A stretch of DNA of 64,000 bases from the human T2T-CHM13v2.0 reference genome, Homo sapiens (GCF_009914755.1 NC_060928.1); one strand, 5' to 3'; shown: positions 1-12,700, counted from the first letter of the stretch. Notes: a model not told the origin generated them from the sequence alone. Numbers and translations are program-made.

Positions 1-256
1 AAAAATAATTTCCACCCACTGACTGATGTCTGCAGTTTTCTTTAGTTTAAGGAGTTGTCCCCGGTTGAAACACACATTTTTCTATTAGAAATAACAATTT
101 GAGTTTTTAAAAATCATTTCTATAATCTTGTAAAAGACAATTCAAGAGATAGATTTTGATAAAGGGGAAAGGAGAAGAGAAAATGAGGATTCCGGGTCCT
201 ACAAGTGAACCATCCAATTGAAGTGGTCTGGGAACTTTGATAGCAGATTTCCCCAC

Positions 257-380
257 ATTTTTTAATTTGTATAAATTTACAGGGTATAAATGTAGTTTTG
301 TTATATTCATAGATTATGTAGTGGCAAAGTCAGTGCTTTTAGGATACCCATCACCCAGATAACATACATTATACCCATTC
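257..380 (-). mobile_element. Old L1M 3'-end fragment
   Basis: tttttaatttgtataaatttacagggtataaatgtagttttg...cccatcacccagataacatacatt resembles the antisense of an L1MA/MB 3' UTR; boundaries approximate. Confidence 0.5.
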
Positions 381-1730
381 TCCACAATTTTCCTTGTAAT
401 CAGCTTTCCACCTCAATATTCCTAAAACAACATCTATCCTGGAATGAATGAGTCTGACTCTTTTCAGTGCACTAAGCCATATGCTGGGCACGATAAAGGA
501 GGCAGAAGACTGAAATGACACAGTTTCTGTCCTTGCAGAGTGTACAATCTAGTAGCAGACAAAATACATGCACATGTAACTACAATAAATTGCTAAGCAC
601 AGCAGAGGCATGGAAATGAGCAGAAGTCAGTGGGAGATGACAGACCTGCACTTCTCCCCCTTGCAAGCAAAGTGCCTCCAATGGTATAGGAGAGAGCATG
701 CAGAAGAAGCCTGACGGCCCATATAAGAGTGAAATTCCTTTCAAAGCATCTATTTCTTTTCTTGTTTATTTTAATGGAGCATCAAATCAGTATTTTAATT
801 TGCTTTACAACCATGGAAATTTATGTTCCAGGGAGATGCCACGTTGATCCTGTGGCTTCTTATATAAGCAGATATAATGCCTTGTAACCCTGAGAATCAG
901 GGTGACTTAGTCTGGTGCTTAGGTGTACGGAAGTGTGCAACCTAGCACCTAGAACCTTTCCTGCGTTAATGTCGTCATTCATCACCCACCACTGCTTACA
1001 TAATTCCATTAGAAGCTATGATTCACAGTCTGGAAGGAAGCAAGGGATAGAGTGGCCTATGCTTTCTTTTCCATACACCAATTACAACCTGCTGATATTC
1101 CAACACCATTTGAATCAATAACTGGCAGAGAGAGAAAAGGATTGGGGAAAAATTAAGTCTCTGTAGGAGGTTCATGGTGATCATAACCCTACAGGGACCT
1201 TAACATTGTCAAGTGTGCCTGTAAGGGCCTGGCTTTCCCATTTGAAGTCCAATATTTTGATATATGCAAGATTATCCAAGATTCAGAAATCTTCGCAATA
1301 ATAATTATTTAAGAAAGATTTATCTAAACGTCTTTATTTTCAGGCTATTTTAAAGTTTCATAGTATTTGGATTCTATAACACTAACAACACTAATAAGGC
1401 TTATTTTTTTTCTGTTCTAAGCAACATAAACAAGGAGATACTAGTTTTTAACCACTCTGGAAATAAATAAAGCTAAACTGAAGCATTCTCTACTCCCCTT
1501 CATTTTCCTTCCCACTTTTGAACTAGTTGGAGTTTTGTCTAACGTATTCTAATTGCTTTTGTTTGTGCAACAAAGAAAACATTGAAATTTGTATAATTTC
1601 TGGGCAGAACTAGTATGTTGTACTTCAAGGCTTTTTTATGTTTAACTTTATGAGTGTAACTTTTTTGTTTAAAGTAATATTGATGTCACAAATATTTTCA
1701 AATTCAGTAGATACTAAAAATTATTATAAT

Positions 1731-2184
1731 TTTTTTTTGAAATGGAGTTTTACTATAGTGCTCAGGCTGGAGTGCAGTGGCTACTAAAAGGCATGATCCC
1801 ACTATTGGCCAGCAAAAGAGTTTTGACCTGCTTAGACTCACGAGAAGGTCTTGTGAGTCTGACTTCTTAGAAGCTGTCATGTGAAAGCTGTGCCGGTGAC
1901 TGGCTTCCCTGATCCTGCCCTGCTCCAGTCTGAGCCTCACTGACTCCGAGTGTTCAGCGTTTTAGTTGTGGAAATGAGTTGATAATTTGCACAGGCTGGC
2001 TCACCCTTTCTTGGGCAAACTGGTGGTTCCCCTGCTCCCCGGAGGTCACCATATTGATGCCAAACTTAGCGTGGACACCCAATTGGCATAGTGCACTATA
2101 GCCCAGAACTCCTGGACTCAAGTGATCTTCCTGGCTCAACCTCTCAAGTAGCTGGGATTACAGGTGTGTGCCATCACACTCAGC
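1731..2184 (-). pseudogene. 7SL (SRP) RNA processed pseudogene, interrupted by an insertion at about 1833-1993
   Basis: Antisense 7SL sequence including S-domain parts that Alu lacks (gcatgatcccactattggccagcaaaagagttttgacctgct; ggaggtcaccatattgatgccaaacttagcgtggacaccc); poly-T (A tail) at 1730-1738; 5' end at 2184. Confidence 0.9.
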
Positions 2185-4228
2185 TAGATTGTTTTTAATT
2201 TAAAAATGTTACTGGACAGCGTTAGCACCTTTTAACAAGAATTTATTTGTGCCCAACACCATGCTTAGCACTTAATGGGCATTCAATAAACATTAATTCA
2301 ATGGATGGATGAATGAAATACTACAAAAAGCAAATTAATCACAGAATCCCTTTTAAAAACATGAATGAAAGCACTGCTGTGATTATGTTGTAGGTAAATT
2401 CATGATATTTTCTATCATTGGTGTATTTTGGTGAATAAATATTACAAGATCAATTCATAAAATCTTCGAAGAAATGGTTCTCTAGAAATAATTCAGTTTT
2501 TTATCATTCTGTAATTTTGGCCAACTGTGACGAGAAAACATTTTCATTTGTGTCTGTCTGAATGGTACAGCTTTTTAGGTTTTCTGAAGTCCAGCACAGA
2601 GTTGAATAATGTTGAGAGTGTTTCTTTTGGCTGAAACATAGAATTGTCCACTTTTTACTAGAATGGCAGGTTAGAACTCCTGAGTTTTAATTGATTGGTT
2701 ATTAAATTATTGCATATTCTTAGTAGAATATGCAATATTAGTAAGTGGCTAGAACTCAAGAAAATGTCACTGGAATTGTTCAAGATAAATCTTATCCTGA
2801 TGTTTCAGGAGGGAGGGGAAAAATGTCTTGTTTTATCCCACACTTAATATTCTTTATAGGTAAGAATTAGCTGAAATGTGTCTTGCTTATGGCTGTTTCT
2901 TTTTTGTTGATTAAATATCTATAAGCCATCCATTAATTATTGATCATCCATGGGGTACATCACTGAATGTTCACTTTTGAGTTCAGCTCCCTGCACATGT
3001 GTTCATGTACCATCATTGTGCCCTGTTGATCATGGTGTTAATAAAGGAAAAAAACAATCAGAATTGGATGGCCTCATAAAGGCTAGGTAACAATTCCAAT
3101 GAAATTAGAGAAAAACATGTACTTAGGGAGTACACTCCCATGGCCTGCCTTGATTTTTTTCATTACCGGGAAGGAAAACTATCTTCTAAGCCTAGCCAGT
3201 CCAAGCTTGCCTTAAAATATAAACTTTATTTCACAGGGTTCCTAAAAAATATGGAGCCACCATGAGTTCTTTTATTTTCTGTTACTATAGAAATTGTTAG
3301 CACTTGTAAATGAAGTTACTAATGTACAAATTATTAGCGTATTTTGAAAGACTGTCTCAATACCTAGAAGTTTAACATGTAAAACGAAACAAGAGCACTT
3401 TAGGGAAACTGCACATTGCTCCCTGACTTCATGTGATTCTGGGAAGCTGAATGAACAATGGTTTTCCTGAATTTAGTAGATTTAGGTTTAGATTGGACAT
3501 GTCATGTGTGTGAAAGCAGATGTGGTTAATAGGGTAGTGGATAGAACAGAATTCTTCCCAGAAAGAGCTTCTATTAGGTCATATTCAAAGGAACTTTTCT
3601 TCCCACGATACCATATTTGCGTTGACACAAAATTTCACCTTTTTTCCTTCTTACCCTCTTCCAGAAACACAAATAATTTTTATGTGAAGAAAATGTTTAC
3701 CAAAATTCTAAGGTAAACCTTATATAGCTTCCTGTATGTCATTTTGTGGCTCCTAATGGCAAAGTTAAGGAGAGAAGTTTCTGCAATTGTGACTTATCTA
3801 CAGATAAACAATGCCTTATTATTATTATTCTTGAGGCATCTGTGAGGGAAAATTCAATAAGGAAAGGGGATTCAAAGGGAGATTTTAAAAAATCCTTGGG
3901 AAATTCCACACATGGTCAAGGGGCTCATACCCATGACTCCTGAGGCATGTCAGCCAAAGACATTGCACAGGATTTTATACTGAGTCACCTCTCTGGAATC
4001 TGAGATCTGAATGGAGCCTGGAGAAGGAAGTTGAGTGTCCTTGGTCACAGTTACCACTTACTTGCTGAGCCAGAAGAATTCTGGAAGAGTTCCTCTCTTC
4101 AGGAGATTTTTTAATGTACCCACCATACGTGAGGATTTTAGGATCCAATTCAGACCCTGTTACACAGAGGTCACCGTCCAGAAGGGAGACACAAGAAATC
4201 ACTTATGATACAGCACATTGGACTAAAG

Positions 4229-4417
4229 CAGTGATTCTTAAGTTCTGGTGCCTGGACAAGCATCATCAGCATCACCTGTGGGCTAGTTGGAAAAGACAAT
4301 TTTGGAGGCCTCCTTTTCCCTTCTGAAACAGACATGGTGGGAGTGGAGTCCAGTGAGCTGTGTTTCAGCAACCCTTCCAGGGGATTCTGACATACTGTAA
4401 AGTCTGAGAACCCACTG
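4229..4417. mobile_element. MER5A-like hAT-Charlie DNA transposon
   Basis: Termini cagtgattcttaa ... tctgagaacccactg; internal catcagcatcacctg and ttccaggggattctga motifs typical of MER5A. Confidence 0.7.
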
Positions 4418-5270
4418 GGCTAGAAGGAAGCCTCCTGGCATGAGGACAGAGTTGTTCTGGAGGCCTTAAATAACATGGGAGTAGGTTGAGGACAAGGTTG
4501 AGAAGGTGGTGGTGCCTAGACCTTTTAAAGGATTAATAAGATTCTTGAGAAAAAAAAAAGCCAGCAGAGGGAAGAAGAATGGAAAAGCTAAAGCTGAGGG
4601 TGACAGGGAGGAAGATAGACCCAGAGAAGAGTCTGGAGAGGCCAGAAGGGGCCAAGTGGGGAGAGAATTTTATCAGGGCTGGGAGTATAAACTGTATTAT
4701 GAAGACCATGGCACTGGGATAAAGGCTGAAGGCTAAAGTCTGGGAAAGACACACTCAGATTTGTAGAAAAGCTATAAAATTTCAGATTTTAGAAAGCTCA
4801 CTTGGCAGATGTGAGTGAAAAGTGGAGGGGAGGAAGCTCAAAGTTGAAGCAGTTAGGAGATTTCTATGGTGATCTCGGGCCAGGGAAAGCAGGACTCACC
4901 TAGCACAGGGGGCTAGGAAGGGGAAGGGTCTCAAACAGGAGAACAGCTGAGAAAAGGGAGTTGGTAGAACCTCATGTTATAATACATCACAGAAGCCAAA
5001 AATCATGAGGTAGTATACTGACTGGCAGCAAATGCCTATGAGATTGGAAAGTGAGATAGGCAGAGAACCTAAAATGGTATGCCCCATGTAATGCCAATTT
5101 AAAAATGTATGTACATGAATACACATGTAATACTGAAAGATGTACATTAAAATCTTTATCTCTGTGTAGTGAGATTACAGCCAATTTTTATTTCCTTCTT
5201 TATATTTTATTTTCCAAATTTGCTACACTAAAAGAGAACCATATTATAATAAGGAACTGCAAATGTTAAA

Positions 5271-5358
5271 GAGGGAGGGAGGGAGGAAGGAAGGAAAGAA
5301 GGAAAGAAGGGAGGGAGGAAGGAAGGAAGGAAAGAAGGAAGAAAGGAAGGAAGGAAGG
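5271..5358. repeat. Polypurine (GGAA/GGGA/AAAG)n microsatellite
   Basis: 88 bp made only of G and A, in gaag/ggaa units. Confidence 0.95.
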
Positions 5359-6699
5359 GTTATATTTGAGAGCTGAATGGGATAATGTATGGGAAGTCAG
5401 AATGGTTCCATAAATAGACGGAAATTACAATTCCTGCAGGAGCCTTTTAAACTTAACCTGTCTTAAAAATTTCCTACAAATCCAGCCTGACAGGCTGTGA
5501 CAGGGAGCTGAGGTATTTAGCGGGTAGCAGGAGGGGCACTGGACATGCGAGGAGCCAGAGCTGGGGCAATCGGTAGGGAGGGACTACCCACCGGTCCAGC
5601 CACTCCTTTCACAAGAAGGGGATGTGTACACAAGGAAGAAGGTCTTGTGAGTCTGACTTCTTGGAGGCTGTTGGGCGAAAGCTGTGCCGGTGACTGGCTT
5701 CCCTGACCCTGCCCTCCTCCAGTCTGGGCCTCACTGACTCTGAGCATTCAGCGTTCTAGCTATGAAAATGAGTTGATAATTTGCATAGGTTGGAACACAG
5801 TTGTGCTAAAGACGTACTCTTTGGTTACCTTGGTAGTTACTTTTTTTTTTTTCTGGTCCCATTTCCCTGCCATAGGAAATAATACACAGCTCTAAAAAAC
5901 AATACACAAAATAATGTAAGAAATCTATGGGGTAATAGGGTATGTTTGATCTAGTGGGGAGGGAAGTAGCTTCACTAGGTGATTATGGGAAGGTTTAGGA
6001 TCATGTTATTCATGAAGAGGAAACAAGCAGCGAGAATTCCAGGAAATCATCATAATAAAACAAAGAGTTCCAGGAAATCATCATAATAAAATAATGGCTG
6101 CTATCATTTATTACTATACTAAGCATTTTACAAATATTGTTATTAATGCTCACGACAACTCATTTCCATTGTTTTTTTTCATTAAAGTCAGCATTTACAC
6201 ATGAGAGAAACTGGGGCCTCAGACACTAAGTGATTGTAAGTGTCAGAGCCTCAATTTGAACAAAGACTTTTATTCGGTACTAAGAGTTCTGGAGGCAGAT
6301 GATGATGACGGTTGCGCAATAATGTGAAGACTTAATATTACTGAACTATATATTCAAAAATGAATGAGATTATAAATTTTATGCTGCACGTATTTCACTA
6401 CAATTAAAAAAGAAAGTCTATACCTTGTATACTACATTGCTACATATTCCAAAGATATTTTGATGTTACTATTATGATAGACCCCACATTAAGGAATTGC
6501 CTGCTTTCCCTTAAATGGAAAGAAAACAGGGTCCTAATACCCTCCCTAAAGTGGCTCAAGGAACCTCAGCATAGGTTTCCTTTCTGTCTCCTTTTTTCCC
6601 CTCTCCATCTTTTTAAAAATTATTCTCCTTCTGTCCCTTCTCACATCCTTCTTTCACCTTTCCTCACCCTGAACAGATGGATAGACTGCCTTCCTTCCC

Positions 6700-6700
<1 letters not shown>

Positions 6701-6745
<45 letters not shown>
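6701..6745. repeat. (AC)22 microsatellite
   Basis: Uninterrupted AC run. Confidence 0.97.
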
Positions 6746-6749
<4 letters not shown>

Positions 6750-6908
6750 CCACAGCCACAAGTGTCTCTGACCAGCCAGTGTTGCTGAGGCTGCACCTCA
6801 GTCTTCGTGGTGTTCACAAACTAAGGGGATTCTGATCAAGTCCTCTTGATCCTAACACTGTAAATGGAAGAAGAAACAGGTTTGTTTTAACCTGGGAGGT
6901 GTAATTTC

Positions 6909-7230
6909 TTTCTTTCTTTCTTTTTTTTTTTTTGTCTTTTTCTTTTCTTTGAGATGGAGTCTTACTCTGATATCCGGGCTAGAGTGCAGTGGTGCAATCT
7001 TGGCTCAATGCAGCCTCTGGCTCCTGGGTTCAAGTGATTCTCTTGCCTCAGCCTCCTGAGTAGCTGGGATTCCAGGTGCCTGCCACCACACTCAGATAAT
7101 TGTTGTATTTTTAGTAGAGACGGGATTTTGCCAAGTTGGCCAAGCTGGTCTCGAACTCATGACCTTAGGCGATCCACCCATCTCGGCCTCCGAAAGTGCT
7201 GGGATTATAGGTGTGAGCTACTGGGCCCTG
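6909..7230 (-). mobile_element. Alu (AluS-like)
   Basis: Full-length antisense Alu; TSD ctgggaggtgtaatttc (6892-6908) / ctgggaggcctaatttc (7231-7247). Confidence 0.93.
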
Positions 7231-8489
7231 CTGGGAGGCCTAATTTCAGAGACGTGGAAGTTCCAATGAAGATGAAACTGGGAGGAGGTGGATGCAGAAA
7301 ATGACAAGCTCCAGTGTTTAAATCCAACAACAGCACACACATACACATACACAGAGGAAATGAGCAAGTGAACTGGTACCATTCCACAGAAATGAGAAAA
7401 GCTGAGAAATAGAGGACAACGTGCTTGCCTAAGATTCTGGCTGCATTTACTGAAACTCTCCCAGCCCTGCCTTTCAGCAGTTCTTCTGTGGATGGGAGTG
7501 TGACAGTGCTGCCTTCTGACCACAAGGTGGGGCTTATACTGGGATACACTGACTATCAGAAGGATTTCTTGTTTGAGCCTTTTCCTTTTAGAAATCTTTC
7601 TATATTGCCAACTAGATATGATTAAGGGCTTACTATACGTTACCTTACCAAGCTCCAAGATTCCAAAAACATCCAAGTTGGAATTTGTGCAGAGCTTAAG
7701 ACCTGTACTTGGACACTTACTTACCACAGAAAAGAGAAAAATATGTCATTTTTCCTGAATTTCTTTTTCCCTCACTGTGGTATATTTATTAAGGTAGGTG
7801 GTGGCTTGTTGTGTTGTAAGTTTCTACTACAGAGCCCTTGTGAAGGTCAAGGTGGGCCTGAGTCATCGCCTTTCTTTTCTTATTCTTCTTTTTAAATAAT
7901 ATCAATATTTTAAAGAGAAAGAAGAGAAATGTCACAACAAAATTATAAAACTTTTACAAATACATTAACTGCCTATATTTAATAAATTAACATGTTTAGA
8001 TTGCACAAATATATTGCAATGTATTTGTGGTATTAAAAGTATAAGCACTTCGTAGTATACTCAGATTCTATGTTCAGGACAGGATAAGATTTTAAAGTTA
8101 AGTATTATGTGTCTTCTGTTTTCAATCTTATCAAAATATCTCTGGCTGGCAGCTTGACCTTATTTGTTAATAACACTGAAGATCAGCTTTAAGGGTTTTT
8201 GTGAATGCAAAGCCCTGGACAAATATACTCCTCCCACCCCGCCCATTTGATGAACTGTTTACAAACCACAGATGTCATTGAATAGATTTAATGGAGGTGA
8301 GGTCACTGGGCATGTTTCACCCTTTTAAGCACAAAATTCAGACCCGTCAGAAACTTTTCCTGATGCTCTTGCAACCTTATTTACTAAGCTTAAAAGAGTT
8401 TTGTTAAACTAGTTTTCAAGACTTGGGCCACTGGGACATGAACACTAAGTGGGCTGCCAGAGCTCTACCCAGGCTGGACTTCATTCTGC

Positions 8490-8715
8490 AGAGGGAAGAG
8501 AGCTCAAGCTTTGGGGCCAGAGACCTGGGTGCTGATTTAAATTCAGGTTTGGGTCCAGCTGCTTGCTTGCTATGTGTGTACAATTTTAACTCCCTGAGCC
8601 TGTTTTCTTAAACATAAAAATGGAGATAATAGCGCCAAGCACATAAATTTGTGATGAGAATTAAATGAATTTACTTTTATAAAGAACCCAGTACAGGAGC
8701 TGGAAGACAATAAAT
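8490..8715 (+). mobile_element. MIR element
   Basis: Degenerate MIR core: ttaactccctgagcctgttttctta..cataaaaatggagataata..tgagaattaaatga. Confidence 0.55.
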
Positions 8716-8899
8716 ATTACCCTGCCCCCCACCCCTCTATCTGCCTCCGTGCCTCCTCATTATTTCCACCACCAGCCATAGCCACTGGGTCACACAACTA
8801 TGGGCCTAATTGCCTAATTGAGGATATCCACTGAGGATGTGGTCAGAAGAGCTCTATCAAGCAAGAGTTGCCCCACATTCAAATAATTCTGCAACTTTA

Positions 8900-9700
8900 G
8901 TTTAGTTGCTCCATCCTTCCAATTGCTCACACCTGAAGTCTTCATCGTCTGTGACTTTTGTCTTTTTCTCATGTCTTATACCTAATCCTTCAGGGTTTTG
9001 TGCTGTCTCTACCTTAAATTATCCAGAATTTGACCACTAGTCACCACGCTTGTCTAATGTAAGCAATTATCATCTCTCTCCTGGATTTCCATCATGCCCT
9101 CTAACTGGTTATCCTGCTTTGCTTCCCTTCCTCCTGCCATACTCCTTTTTACCCTAGCTGTCAGAGTGTCAGATCATGTCACTGATTTTCCAAAGACACT
9201 GCAATGGTTCTCCCCACAGAGTGAAAGCTGGAATCCTTGCGATGACCCGCAAGGCCTATCTAGTGTGGCCACTTGCTGTCTGTCCTCCTTTCCCATTCAC
9301 CAGCTCTCCCTGCTCCAGCCACACTGGCCTCCTTACTGCTCCTCATACACGCCAGTCATGCTCCCAACTAACTGTTAACTCTCACTGTCCCTTTGCCTGG
9401 AATGCTCGCCCACATAGTCAGAGCCAATTCCTACTTTCTTCCATTTGTAGCTCGGCATCAATCTCTCAAGGAGGCTTCCTCTGACTCTCCAATGCTGCAG
9501 TCTGCTCACTCCTCACACACCTGACTCCCCTAATTCCCCCATCTGCTTTATGTTTATTTTTTCATAACATTTATTCACCGAAGGCACTTCCTAAGGGTAG
9601 GCATTTCTATTTGTGATATTCATTAACCTTTCCCAAGCACCTAGAAAAGTGTTTGGGATATAGAAAGTGTTCTGTAAATATCTGTTAAATGGATGAGTGA
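8900..9700 (+). mobile_element. L2 3' fragment
   Basis: cagccacactggcctcctt..tttgcctggaatgct..cacctagaaaagtg..aaatatctgttaaatggatga is typical of an L2 3' end; boundaries approximate. Confidence 0.55.
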
Positions 9701-12700
9701 TGGGAAAGTTAAGCCTCTCTACATATATTTTCAAGCAATATTCACTAAGTTTGATGCTTTTGCTTCAGAGCAAATCAGTTGGGTTTATTTCCTTCTTTCT
9801 TACTTTTTTTTCTTAGTATTTTTCCAACTCCAACCACATTACTTGTTTCACAACGACAGGTTAAACGGTTGCAACTTGTCTGAGAGTCATGAGGAAATCA
9901 GGCAAGAGGAAACAGTGTCGGCAAGAGAAGAGCGCAGGAAGCACTTCCTTCTTTTCTTGGGGGCAGGGAATAGGCGTCTGATGGTAATGCACACCATCAC
10001 CATGGCCTCCAATTACAGCTCCTTACTTCATTGAACCCATGCCCTTCTCCTCTTGGTTGAAGAGAACTTTGCAAATGGCAATGTTTAGTTAGCCACATTG
10101 AAGGACGAGTACATATTCTCTTACAGTTTTGCTAAATCTGAGAGTTGGGTAAGTGTCCTCTGCTGGTACAAGTGGGCAAGTTTCCCAGAGGAAGTTCTCC
10201 ATTTCACATACCTTAGCTTACAGGGTAATAAAACAGTCAGAAGAGCTGTATAGGCAAACCCCATCATTTTACAAATGAAAAACCTGAGGCCTCGATAGGA
10301 GGGACTCGTCCTTCTACTGGGTTATGATGTCCCTCTCCCCTCACTGAATCAAGATTCTCTTCTCCAGTCTTCTAAGTCTAATCTGGCAGGAGAGGAGGGG
10401 AGAAAGAAGATAAATGTGCTCAAAGGAAAGTCTGTAAGTCTTACAGACACATGAGAGAAACCCCCTGAGACAGCACAGAATTCTGGACTCTCTGCTTAGG
10501 TTCTAATCCTAACTCTGTTTCCTACTTGCTGGATGACCTTCTGCAAGTTATTAAATACTTAACCTAAGTTTGTTTTCTTATCTTTTAAATGGCGATATTT
10601 AATACTAAAATATAGGGTTGTTGTGAATATTACAAAAATAAAACATGAAGTACTCAGTAATAAGATTCTGTAAGTACAATTATTCTTGAGTGAGAACTTT
10701 GTATACCCATTGCTAAAGTCCAAGCAAGTCAAACCTAGAAAAGAAATGTGCTATTTTTAACTTTTCTCATTAACCTTGGCTTTCTAGTACCTGCTTCATT
10801 TATCTTTGGGTCTCTTGATGATGTGCTTTCATGGTCCTGTTTTTCTGGCTGGTTGTGTTATTTCTTACCTACCTCCCCCACCCACCCTTCCCATTTTGCT
10901 TTTATATCCAGCTTTGTAGGAGATGGTGCCAGTTGTGTTTTCCAGGTCCACCTCCCACTCTTGGGGGAAAGGAAGTGCATAAAAAGTTCATCCAGCAAGT
11001 TTGGAGCAGACAGCTTTTCCTTTGTTTCAAAACTCCAATAGCATCTGTGAGTGGTGATTTCCTCCTTCCTGGTTTAGGGACCACATGGAGTGATTTAATA
11101 TAGACAAGTAAGGTGATGCAGTCAAAAAACATTCTAAATGAGTTTTGAGATAAATGCTAGATGAGAGAATAAGCCACCTAAAAATGAAAAGGGCTCAAAT
11201 CTGGAAATCAGACAATTTGGGGGCACCAGGTTATACTGAAAGAGATAAAGAAGTTTTATGTCCTTATTTTGCCATAAATTTGAGGAATGCTGAGAGATTG
11301 GCCAGTATCTCAAAACTCATACACAATCTGAATTATTTTTTAATTTTGTTTTCTTTTTATGTGAAATAATTATGTAGCTTTTCTTGAATATATCTATTTT
11401 GGGGAAATGAAGAGAATTATGGAAGAACTAAAATGTAACCCTTCTCTTCAGCCTCCTTTTGCCATTGACACTGCTTTTCAGTAGATTTGTGAAGGAGGCT
11501 ACCTCAGTTGAAAGTAGTACTCAGTTTTGATCTTTTTCTAGATGGATTTGGGTCTTACTCTTATAGGTCACAAGAATATGAAAGGTCACTCAAATCTTGC
11601 CTTTATATACCATGAGTGTTCTCTTCCTCCTCATTCTGCTCCTTATCCATCTCCACTTTCTCTTTTGAAAACTTCAAAAAACGTTTTCTGAATTCTGTCC
11701 AGGACATATCCAGAAAGAGCAGGCACCATTCAGAAAATGCCACTTCTCTTTCAATTGGTTTGACTTAAAGGTAGTACACATAGGATTAGCTCATTATTGT
11801 CAAATGTAATACCTCCAACTTACCCTTTACTGATTTTAGCCCTTAGGGGTTTATAAGGGAGTTCAGTAAACTCCCTGAAACTTCATGCCAGCATTCATCC
11901 TTGAGGCTGAGCAGAAGGTATAAAACTTTCATTATATTTTCAAAGACTTAAATGGTTAAAGTAAGAAAGGTTAAGAACCACTGAGATAATACTTAAAATG
12001 GAAGCTAAACTGTTTTAGTCTTAGCACAGTCAACGTTAATTAGACAAAACCTATAGAACACCATTTATATTCACTCTCTGGCCTCCAGAAACAGTGTGTG
12101 GTCCCTTGGAGTCTCCACAGTTCTGTGAAATGCAGTTGATGGGAAAGAGCAAGCAGCAGAGCCTCTCCCCCAGTGGTGGACTTCAGTTGCCAGGACTTCC
12201 CGCATGCTGCTCACCATCCTTTATGCCACTGTATCCTAACCTGTTATTTCTTACCCTTGCCTTCAAGGAGCCTAGAAGATATCGGATGGTTAATTCACCA
12301 GTGGAATGAAACTGCTGTTTGGCTGCACAGTTTACTGCTTTATCTATCCACCACTGCTAAATTAGAGCACTAACTAAAACTGTATTTTCCATGCTAAGTT
12401 CTTCTCTGTTCATGGAAATAAAATAATTGTCCCCAAGGGAGAACAAAAACAAAGATAAGCATTTTCGTTTTCTTTCGTTGACATTGTTCTTGTTTGGATA
12501 GGTTGCAAGAACTGGGAAATTTCTGCTTTCATTCAAGAAATGTTTGTAGAACATTGTTACATGCAGGCACTAATCTGGAAGCTGGAACACAGTCTAAATA
12601 AAGCAGTTGTAGTCTCTGATTTTGTGGAATTTCCAGTCAAGTGGGTGAGACAAATATCAATAAATGGTTACACAAATGGGTGGAGAGCTCATCATTTCAA

